NCBI GenBank assembly: GCA_049515535.1
Contig: JBEKTZ010000001.1
Span: forward strand, 268,599-332,598
Source of the DNA: Candidatus Aminicenantales bacterium
GTDB taxonomy: Bacteria; Acidobacteriota; Aminicenantia; Aminicenantales; UBA4085
Direction: 5' to 3'
Length of the DNA: 64,000 nt
Positions 1 to 7,583 of this stretch are shown here, piece by piece. The notes beneath the pieces were generated by a model. The model saw only the letters and a list, made by a program, of their open reading frames with translations. It was not told the origin of the DNA and searched no databases. Every line of letters begins with the position of its first letter. The stretch's first letter is position 1. The translations under genes were made by a program, and so were the position numbers.

Positions 1-229
1 CGCTGCGGGGGCCGCGATCATGGACATGGGAGTCGACGTCATTCCGCTGACGGCGGAGATCCTCCGGGCGAGCGGCTGGGTTCGCTCCCAGAGCGGCCTT
101 CTCGTGAACGATTCGCTGACGGTGGCGACGATGCGCGCCTGCGGGACCACGGCGCTGGCAACGAATGACGAAGATTTCGCCCGGATCGACGGAATCCGGC
201 TTTATCGTCCCACGGGCGGCGGCAAATAA
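1..229 (+). CDS. PIN-domain (VapC-like) toxin, 5'-truncated by window edge
   Basis: C-terminal PIN motifs LLVNDSLTVA and LATNDEDFARIDGI. Confidence 0.7.
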   Translation, partial: AAGAAIMDMGVDVIPLTAEILRASGWVRSQSGLLVNDSLTVATMRACGTTALATNDEDFARIDGIRLYRPTGGGK

Positions 230-237
230 GATATTCG

Positions 238-891
238 CTACAGCTTGGAGATGCCTTCCTTGATCGTATACCGGATGAGGTCGGCCTGCTTATGGATATT
301 AAGCTTCTGCATCAGGTTCCGGCGGTGGACATGGACGGTGTTCAGGTAGAGATTGAGTTTTTGGGCGATTTCCTTGTTCGTGCAGCCTTCGCCGATGAGT
401 TGAACGATTTCCCGCTCCCTTTTTGTCAGGCCGTTCCCCGCGCTCTTATCCTTGCGGGCGCCGACTTTACCCAAGAAGCCGTCCACAATATAGCTTGAGA
501 TACCGGGACTTAAAAAGAACCGGCCCCTGAAAACCTCCTGAATGGCCTGGATCACCTCTTCGGTTGCGTTTTCCTTCAGGATATAGCCTTTGACCCCGCA
601 GCGGAGAGCCCGATGGACGAAAATCCGGGAGTCGTGGATGCTGAGGATGATGATCTTGGTTTTCGGGTCCTTGCTGAGGAGCCGTTCAGCCGTCTCGATG
701 CCGTTGAGATGGGGCATTTCGACGTCCAGGAGATAGACGTCGACCGGGCTTTTCTCGGCGATCTTGAGGACATCTTTGCCGTTGATCGCCTCGTCGACGA
801 TCACGATGTCTTCCTTGCTTTTCTCGATGACCGCCCTGAGGCCGGCCCTGACGATGGGGTGATCATCCGCTAATACGACCCTGATGCTCAT
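238..891 (-). CDS. NarL/LuxR-family response regulator
   Basis: Receiver domain (LADDH, LLDVEMP, GYILK) plus LuxR HTH (LTKREREIVQLIGEGCTNKEIA). Confidence 0.95.
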   Translation of the reverse strand: MSIRVVLADDHPIVRAGLRAVIEKSKEDIVIVDEAINGKDVLKIAEKSPVDVYLLDVEMPHLNGIETAERLLSKDPKTKIIILSIHDSRIFVHRALRCGVKGYILKENATEEVIQAIQEVFRGRFFLSPGISSYIVDGFLGKVGARKDKSAGNGLTKREREIVQLIGEGCTNKEIAQKLNLYLNTVHVHRRNLMQKLNIHKQADLIRYTIKEGISKL

Positions 892-967
892 ATGGAAATT
901 TAATATTTAAAACAAAGCATTAATGCTGTAAATACCAAGAAGTGAGTAGTTCCCGATGTATTTAAAA

Positions 968-2287
968 TTACTTATCCGGGCTGGTGACGCCGCTCTCGAC
1001 CGGGATGGCGACGGAGACGGTCGTTCCTTTTCCCGGCGAGCTATGGATGGCGAACCTGCCGCCGACACAATCGGCCATCTCGTTCATGCTCCGGATGCCC
1101 AGGCCTATTTTCTTTGCTTTCAGCTTTTTATCCGGATGAAAACCTCGGCCGTCGTCAGTTATCTTCAGCCTGATAAAGCCGCCCCCAAAGGCCAGGCTCA
1201 ATGTGACTTTCTTCGCCTCCGCATGATGAATGATATTGTTCAGGGCTTCCTGAGCGATCCGGTAGATGATGGTGGACGCGTGATTTTGGATTTCATGCCC
1301 GTTCAGGCCGAACCGGAAAACGATGTTGAGGCCTGTTTTTTCAGCCGTTTCGGAATAATAATTTTTCAGGACCTCGGGAAGACTCAGCCTGTCGAGATCG
1401 GGCGGCCGCAAGTCCACGGCGCATTTTTTCAGCGCTGCGATATGCTGACTGACCAGAGACAGGCTTTCGTCGAGCCCCTGAAGCGCTGGGCTCGTCTGGC
1501 CGGCTTGAATCTCCTTCTGGACGGTATTGAGACGGCATTTCAGCAGCCCGGCCAGGGCTCCGGCCTCATTATGAAGGACGGAAGATAGGTTTTTGCGTTC
1601 TTCCTCGCGGACGCAGATCAGCCGGCGAGAAAAAGATTTCAGCTCTTTCTGGGAGGATCTGAGCTTCGCTCTTTGCTTCCGCAAATTCTCGGTGCTGATT
1701 TTGCGGGCCGTCACATCGCCGGCCATGGCCAAAATCAGGGTTTGTCCGTCGATCGTAATCGGAAAAACGCTAGACTCCAGGGTTCTCCGGCTTCCGTCCC
1801 GCAACTTCAGGTCGAATTCGTGATGACCGACGGATTTTCCGGAGCCGGCGCGGGCAAAACGATGGCGGACCTTGCGGACTTGTTCTCGGGTAAGGATCTC
1901 CAATTCAAAAGTGTTTCTGCCGATAATTTCCTCCCGGGTATAGCCGGTGAGCTCCACGGCAGCCTTATTGGCCTCGATGATTGTCCCCCGCATATCAAAA
2001 AGAAAATGAGCGACCGGCGCGAACTCAAAAATGATCGGAAGGACTTCTTTGGAGGTCTGCAGTTTTTGCCAGGAGAATTGGAAGGGAATCGCGGACTCGG
2101 GAAGTGTTTTTTCGGAAAGCGGGATGATTCGAGGCGAAGTGGGGGCATAAGCCTGGGAAGGAGTGTGCGAATAAGGTTTGGAAGAAGGGGCGGCTTTTTG
2201 AATTACGCTGGAATTCTGCATTTCGCCTAATTCTCGGCCAAATGGCCCCGCAAATCGTTCTCTATGTAGAGATGGGCAATTCGACAA
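968..2287 (-). CDS. PAS-domain sensor histidine kinase (HisKA_3, NarX/UhpB type); start uncertain
   Basis: PAS (ANKAAVELTGYTREEIIG), H-box EEERKNLSSVLHNE, N-box QEALNNIIHH, DDGRGF and GLGIRSM boxes; adjacent to cognate regulator. Confidence 0.9.
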   Translation of the reverse strand: MSNCPSLHRERFAGPFGRELGEMQNSSVIQKAAPSSKPYSHTPSQAYAPTSPRIIPLSEKTLPESAIPFQFSWQKLQTSKEVLPIIFEFAPVAHFLFDMRGTIIEANKAAVELTGYTREEIIGRNTFELEILTREQVRKVRHRFARAGSGKSVGHHEFDLKLRDGSRRTLESSVFPITIDGQTLILAMAGDVTARKISTENLRKQRAKLRSSQKELKSFSRRLICVREEERKNLSSVLHNEAGALAGLLKCRLNTVQKEIQAGQTSPALQGLDESLSLVSQHIAALKKCAVDLRPPDLDRLSLPEVLKNYYSETAEKTGLNIVFRFGLNGHEIQNHASTIIYRIAQEALNNIIHHAEAKKVTLSLAFGGGFIRLKITDDGRGFHPDKKLKAKKIGLGIRSMNEMADCVGGRFAIHSSPGKGTTVSVAIPVESGVTSPDK

Positions 2288-2481
2288 TGGTTAGGATAGT
2301 TCAACCCGCTGAAAATGCATTGAATATCTGACTTTTGGGAAATGAGAAAACAATGCCCTAAAAACATTTTCATATACCCCGCATCCACAAGAACATATGT
2401 TAGTTATCATGTTTTCAATAGGATGTCAACTGTTTTTTTAAATATCAGGGAGACACAATACCCATTTCCTTATTTCCAGTG

Positions 2482-2538
2482 GAAATTCGGAGACACGAAC
2501 CTAATTCAAGAGAATTAGCGATCATGTCACCGAATTTC
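2482..2538. repeat. REP-like imperfect inverted repeat (GAAATTCGGWGACA family)
   Basis: gaaattcggagacacgaacctaattc / gaattagcgatcatgtcaccgaatttc arms with 4-nt loop; related half-copies at ~2448-2469 and ~2555-2572. Confidence 0.75.
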
Positions 2539-2667
2539 AAATCCGGTATCTTGCGGAAATTCGATGACACGGAAGTGACACATGCCTAGCCCGACTCATT
2601 GCGGCGGAAGGATTTCCAGTCCGGGCGTGAGGGCGTCCTATTCTATGCCTCCTGATTATGAGCCGTC

Positions 2668-2695
2668 TTGACACTACACATATTATGTGTATAAT
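2668..2695 (+). promoter_or_regulatory. Sigma70 promoter with palindromic operator for the RHH-RelE operon
   Basis: TTGACA (2668-2673)-16 nt-TATAAT (2690-2695); perfect 8-bp IR TACACATA-T-TATGTGTA at 2675-2691. Confidence 0.85.
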
Positions 2696-2724
2696 CGGTG
2701 TATTCCACTCAGGAGACGAACATC

Positions 2725-2949
2725 ATGCAGGTCCGGCATAACATCACCCTCGACGAAGAGATTTCCACGGAGTTGGAGACGGCGGCCCGGGAGCTCGGCG
2801 AAAAAAAGAGCTATATCATCGAAAAAGCGCTGACCGTGTATTTCGACCTTCTGGATCTGAAGCTGGCCAAGAAAAGGATCAAGGATCTCGAAAAAGGCCG
2901 GGACAGGCTCCTGGATGCCGAAAAGGTCTGGAAATCTCTGGGCATTTAG
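2725..2949 (+). CDS. Ribbon-helix-helix antitoxin (RelB/CopG-like)
   Basis: NITLDEEISTELETAARELGEKKSYIIEKAL RHH pattern; AGGAG RBS before ATG 2725; directly upstream of RelE-like gene. Confidence 0.85.
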   Translation: MQVRHNITLDEEISTELETAARELGEKKSYIIEKALTVYFDLLDLKLAKKRIKDLEKGRDRLLDAEKVWKSLGI

Positions 2950-2951
2950 CG

Positions 2952-3221
2952 GTGTATGAGCTCAAGTTCCTCGGCCGAGCGATGGACGATCTTAAAAGGA
3001 TCGACAAGCCTCACCAAAGAATCATCAAAGAGAAGCTGCTGATATTGGCCGACAATCCCGAAGCCCTCAAGGATAACATCAAGCGGCTCGCCGCGGGCGA
3101 GGATTTCTTCCGGCTGCGGGTCGGCAGCTACAGGATCATCTTCAAGAAGGAAGACCGGCGGCTCCTCATCCTGATCGTCCGCATCGGCCATCGGAAAGAA
3201 ATTTATCTGTCGCTGAAGTAG
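2952..3221 (+). CDS. relE: RelE/ParE-family toxin
   Basis: MYELKF...FRLRVGSYRIIF...IVRIGHRKEIY RelE signature. Confidence 0.9.
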   Translation: MYELKFLGRAMDDLKRIDKPHQRIIKEKLLILADNPEALKDNIKRLAAGEDFFRLRVGSYRIIFKKEDRRLLILIVRIGHRKEIYLSLK

Positions 3222-3318
3222 AACAAAAGAAGAAGGCCTGCAAATTCTCCATCATATAACCTTGGTATTGATTCTTTGGACTTCCTCGGATAAAATAAAA
3301 CCAGAAAAGGAGTTGTCG

Positions 3319-3612
3319 ATGAGATCGCTTTCAGATATCTCTAAAACTCTCGAAAAGCAAAAACCACAACTCCAAAAATCCTTCGGAGTGAGCGAAATCG
3401 GGATCTTCGGCTCCTACGTCAAAAACAGACAAAATCAAAATAGCGATATCGATATACTCGTTTCTTTCGAAAAACCGATCGGATTATTCGCGTTCGTCAG
3501 GCTAAAAAATGAACTCTCCTCTCTCTTCGAATGCAAAGTGGACCTCGTCATGAAAACCGCCCTTAAGCCGAGGATCGGCAAAAACATCCTGACTGAGGTC
3601 CTCTATGTCTGA
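3319..3612 (+). CDS. Minimal nucleotidyltransferase (MNT) antitoxin
   Basis: [15 protein letters not shown] (GS-x10-DxD), KVDLV; AAGGAG RBS before ATG 3319. Confidence 0.9.
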   Translation: MRSLSDISKTLEKQKPQLQKSFGVSEIGIFGSYVKNRQNQNSDIDILVSFEKPIGLFAFVRLKNELSSLFECKVDLVMKTALKPRIGKNILTEVLYV

Positions 3613-3952
3613 AGGCCCTCCATTTTTTGATTTCTTGATCGATGTTTTGGAGACGATCGAGAAAATTGAGAATTTTATCGCAGGATTTGATTTTGACAAA
3701 TTCTCAAAAGATGAAAAAACGGTCTTTGCCACAATCCGGGCCATCGAAATCATCGGAGAAGCGGCCAAACATATTCCCTCGGATATCAAGCAAAAACATC
3801 CTGAAGTTCCCTGGAAGGAAATGGCTGGAATGAGAGACGTTTTAATCCATGAATATTTCGGCGTCGACGTGAAGACTTTATGGCAAACGCTTCAAGAAGA
3901 TATTCCGTTCCTTAAGCCTCACATCAAAAAAATATTAAAAAGTCGCGAATAG
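3605..3952 (+). CDS. HEPN (DUF86/HepT-like) RNase toxin
   Basis: [29 protein letters not shown] (Rx4HxY); overlaps MNT stop. Confidence 0.92.
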   Translation: MSEGPPFFDFLIDVLETIEKIENFIAGFDFDKFSKDEKTVFATIRAIEIIGEAAKHIPSDIKQKHPEVPWKEMAGMRDVLIHEYFGVDVKTLWQTLQEDIPFLKPHIKKILKSRE

Positions 3953-3995
3953 CGGAGGATCGCCTCTACGGGACCCTAAAACGGCTCTACGAATT

Positions 3996-4118
3996 ATTTG
4001 GTGACATACAATCATTTACCGAATTGCACGTTTTTTTTCGATTCATAATCGGCCCCCGAAGGTCGTTGAATTCTTCTGCCGATCCGCATTTCGGTAATTT
4101 GGTTGTGTGTCACCGAAT
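3996..4118. repeat. REP-like inverted repeat pair, same family as 2482-2538
   Basis: atttggtgacatacaatcatttaccgaa (3996-4023) inverted against ttcggtaatttggttgtgtgtcaccgaat (4090-4118). Confidence 0.7.
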
Positions 4119-4198
4119 TCCAGATGAGCGGCGGGGCTCGATCCGATCTCCACCTCGTCCCGATTCGTGCGGCCAAAAAGCAATGGGTAAGAAGGATC

Positions 4199-4228
4199 TT
4201 GACAAATTCGCCACGGCGTGGCTATAAT
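4199..4228 (+). promoter_or_regulatory. Sigma70 promoter, probably leaderless
   Basis: TTGACA 4199-4204, 18 nt, TATAAT 4223-4228, ATG at 4235. Confidence 0.75.
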
Positions 4229-4234
4229 CTAACC

Positions 4235-5521
4235 ATGTTACGGAGATATCTCACGGACCAGGTCGCGGAGTCCCTACGCCATTTTCCCGTCGTTCTTCTA
4301 ACGGGCGCCCGTCAGGTCGGCAAATCGACGCTGGCCCAGGGATTGATCGGGCCCTCCTGGAAGGCGCGCTACCTGACTCTTGACGACCGCAACATCCTCG
4401 ATTCCGCCCTCCGCGACCCCGATGGGTTGATCGCCGGGCTGGATGGCCCGGCCGTCCTCGACGAAGTCCAACGCGCGCCCGACCTCCTGCGGGCGATCAA
4501 GAAGAGCGTGGACGAGGACAAAAAGCCCGGCCGGTTTCTTCTCACCGGTTCGGCCAACCTCCTGACCTTATCGCAGGTTTCCGAAAGTCTGGCCGGCCGG
4601 ATTTCCATCCATACCCTTCTTCCCTTCTCCTGGGCGGAAAAAAACGAGCGGCCCGAACCGTCGACGATAAACCGCCTGTTTCACGCCGGATCGGCCGCGA
4701 ATGTCCTGAAATCTTTCTCGGGTACAAGCGGCGCCGGCAGCGTCTCCCGTACCGCCCGAGGCAACCGCAAGAGCGAAATCATCAGAGAAATCATGTGCGG
4801 CGGTTTTCCGCCGGCTTTTCTCATGAACTCGGATCGGGCCAGGGGCGAATGGTTCGCCGCCTACCGCCAGACCTACCTGGAGAGAGATCTTCTTAACATC
4901 CGGGCGATCGAACACGTTCCCGATTTCAACCGGCTTCTGACGCTCGCCGCGCTGAGAACGGGACGTTTGGTCAATCTCTCGGACCTGGCCCGGGACAGCG
5001 GCCTGGCCTTTACGACGTTGCGCCGCTATATGAATCTGCTCGACGTAACCTATCAAGTGTCCTTCCTGCCGCCCTTTCAGGCCAACATCGGAAAACGGCT
5101 GGCCAAGACCCCCAAGCTTTTTTTCCATGACACCGGAATGGCCGCTTATTTCGCCGGATTGGACGATTGGCAGGCCTTGGAAAAACAGGGGTTCACCGGA
5201 TCGTTCGTCGAGTCCTGGGCGGCCTCCGAAATCCGCAAACTGATGAGCCTCGCCGATCGCCGCCTGAGTCTTTTCTTTTGGCGGACACAGACCGGGCAAG
5301 AGGCCGATTTCCTTATCGAACGGGCGGGGAAGCTCGTCGCCGTCGAAGTGAAATGGGGAAGCCGCGTCGAGGACTCGGCCGTTCGCAACCTGGAGCGGTG
5401 CATGGCGGATCTCAAGGACGCCGTCCAGATCGGCGTGATCGTTTATGGCGGAACCGACATCATCGCCTTGAGCTCGAAGGTCGTCGCCGTCCCCTTCCCG
5501 GTTTTCTTCGGGATGGAGTAG
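4235..5521 (+). CDS. AAA_14 ATPase with DUF4143 C-terminal domain
   Basis: GARQVGKS Walker A, LDEVQ Walker B, LTGS, KTPKLFFHDTG, FWRTQTGQEADF, AVEVK. Confidence 0.9.
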   Translation: MLRRYLTDQVAESLRHFPVVLLTGARQVGKSTLAQGLIGPSWKARYLTLDDRNILDSALRDPDGLIAGLDGPAVLDEVQRAPDLLRAIKKSVDEDKKPGRFLLTGSANLLTLSQVSESLAGRISIHTLLPFSWAEKNERPEPSTINRLFHAGSAANVLKSFSGTSGAGSVSRTARGNRKSEIIREIMCGGFPPAFLMNSDRARGEWFAAYRQTYLERDLLNIRAIEHVPDFNRLLTLAALRTGRLVNLSDLARDSGLAFTTLRRYMNLLDVTYQVSFLPPFQANIGKRLAKTPKLFFHDTGMAAYFAGLDDWQALEKQGFTGSFVESWAASEIRKLMSLADRRLSLFFWRTQTGQEADFLIERAGKLVAVEVKWGSRVEDSAVRNLERCMADLKDAVQIGVIVYGGTDIIALSSKVVAVPFPVFFGME

Positions 5522-5657
5522 CGCGGCGCACGCGGTAGAAAGTCAAGACTTTTTATCGGAGGCCTGGTTATTAGTCAACGGCAGAAACATGAGGAGGAAA
5601 ATTAACCGACGCCCGCGGGCTTGTTTCATGGAAACGAAAATCTTCCGAGCCCGCCGG

Positions 5658-7445
5658 TCAGCCGATCTCTTCTTTATAAAGGGCCTCGATGAGATTCCGG
5701 TACTTCTTTTCGACGACGTTCCGCTTGATCTTCTGGGAAGGCGTCATTTCGTCTTTCTCGATCTCGAAGTCCCGATCGAGAACCACGATTTTCTTGATCT
5801 TCTCGTAGGACGCCAGGTAGGGCGTGGCCCGGTCGATCTCCGCCCTTAAAAAAGAAACGATCTGTTCGTTCTTGACGAGCTCGGCCCGGCTGGCGAAGGC
5901 GATCTTGCTCGAATTCGCGTATTCCTCGAGCTTCTCGAAATTGGGAACGACGAGGGCCGAAATGAAGCGTCTCCGGTCGCCGATGACCACGGCGCTCGTG
6001 ATGTAAGGATTGAGCTTGAGGATGTTTTCGATCGGCTGGGGGGCGATGTTTTTCCCGCCGGCCGTGACGATGAGGTCTTTCTTGCGGTCCGTGATCGCCA
6101 GGAAGCCGTCCTCGTCGAGGACTCCGATATCCCCGGTCTTGAACCAATCCCCTTCGAAGACCTCCGCGGTCTCGGCCGGCTTTTTATAATAGCCCTTCAT
6201 CACGTGCGGGCCGCGGGTCAGGATCTCGCCGTCCGGGGCGATCTTGACCTCGATGCCGGGCATGGGCTTGCCCACGGTTCCGAACCTCAGGTTCTCGAAC
6301 GTATTGATGGTGATGGCCGGCGAGGTCTCGGTCAGGCCGTAGCCTTCCATGATGACGAGACCCGCGGCGTACAAAAATTCGGCGATGTCCTTGGAGAGGG
6401 GAGCCCCTCCGGAGACGAAGAACCGAACGCGGCCTCCCGTCTTTTCGACGATCTTGGCGTAAACCAGCTTATGGTACAATTTCCTCTTCATTCGCATCCA
6501 TCGCCCGATCTGCTGCTTGGCGATCTTCCGCCGGCCCCACGCCTTTCCGGCGTTCATCGCCCGGTAGAAAATCTTCCTCTTCAGGCCCGAGCTGAGGAGG
6601 ACGTTGTCCATGATCTTGGCGTACATTTTCTCGAAGACGCGGGGCACGCTGACCATGATGTGCGGCCGGACCTCGAGGAGGTTCCGGGCGACCGTGTCGA
6701 TGCTTTCGGCGTGGGCGATGCTGCAACCCTTGAAAATATAAGCGAACGTCACCATCCTCTCCAGGACGTGGGAAAGAGGCAGGAACGAAAGAACAGTGTC
6801 TTTCGCCGTAAATTCCAGGAGGTCGGCGGCCGTCGTGACGTTGCTGACGAAATTGCCGTGGGTCAGGATGACGCCTTTCGGCACCCCTGTAGTGCCCGAC
6901 GTATAGATGATGGAGGCCTCGTCCTCGGGCTTCAGGCTGAAAGCGATTTTTTCAAACAGGACTGGCTCGTCCCGGTCGATCCTAGCCCCCCGCTCGATGA
7001 CCTGACCCATCGTCAGGCAGCCTTCCGGGGCTTTATCGGCGAAAGTAATGAAATGCTTGACCAGCGGAAGTTCGGCCCGCACGACCGCGAGCTTGGACCA
7101 CAGCTCGGTATTGGAAAAAACGACAAATCGGGCGTCGGAATCGTTGATGATATACTTCACCTGCTCCGGGACGAGCGTGGTATAGACGGGGACCGTGATG
7201 CCGCCCTGGCAGATGCAGGCGAAGTCGGTCATCGTCCATTCGGGGCGGTTTTCGGAAAGAATGATGAGCTTATCGCCCTTGGCCATTCCCAAATCGCGAA
7301 GCCCGAGGCTGAAATGCCTGATCTTTCGGCCGAATTCCTCCGTCGAGATAGGAGCATATCGCCCCTCGTTCTTGACGAGCATGTAATCGGCTTTTGGATA
7401 GCTTTTCAGGGAGTTGAGCAGAAGCTCAGAGAGCGTGTTGACCAT
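5658..7445 (-). CDS. fadD: Long-chain fatty acid-CoA ligase (AMP-dependent synthetase)
   Basis: YTSGTTGVPKG, EGYGLTET, WFKTGDIG, DRKKDLIVTAGGKNIAP. Confidence 0.9.
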   Translation of the reverse strand: MVNTLSELLLNSLKSYPKADYMLVKNEGRYAPISTEEFGRKIRHFSLGLRDLGMAKGDKLIILSENRPEWTMTDFACICQGGITVPVYTTLVPEQVKYIINDSDARFVVFSNTELWSKLAVVRAELPLVKHFITFADKAPEGCLTMGQVIERGARIDRDEPVLFEKIAFSLKPEDEASIIYTSGTTGVPKGVILTHGNFVSNVTTAADLLEFTAKDTVLSFLPLSHVLERMVTFAYIFKGCSIAHAESIDTVARNLLEVRPHIMVSVPRVFEKMYAKIMDNVLLSSGLKRKIFYRAMNAGKAWGRRKIAKQQIGRWMRMKRKLYHKLVYAKIVEKTGGRVRFFVSGGAPLSKDIAEFLYAAGLVIMEGYGLTETSPAITINTFENLRFGTVGKPMPGIEVKIAPDGEILTRGPHVMKGYYKKPAETAEVFEGDWFKTGDIGVLDEDGFLAITDRKKDLIVTAGGKNIAPQPIENILKLNPYITSAVVIGDRRRFISALVVPNFEKLEEYANSSKIAFASRAELVKNEQIVSFLRAEIDRATPYLASYEKIKKIVVLDRDFEIEKDEMTPSQKIKRNVVEKKYRNLIEALYKEEIG

Positions 7446-7473
7446 GTTCCCTCTTTTTTTTTAGAGTAAGCTG

Positions 7474-7561
7474 ATTCTAGTTTCGGCCGGGGCGGCTGTC
7501 AAGCGAAAAGGACTGACCCCCTAGCCCGAATTTGACACCCGCGCCTCTTCTCTGCTATATA
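7474..7561. promoter_or_regulatory. Divergent sigma70 promoters for fadD (-) and kinase (+)
   Basis: Minus: TTGACA(7502-7497)-17-TAGAAT(7479-7474); plus: TTGACA(7532-7537)-18-TATATA(7556-7561). Confidence 0.65.
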
Positions 7562-7583
7562 AATTCTGGGAATAAGGGGAAAA

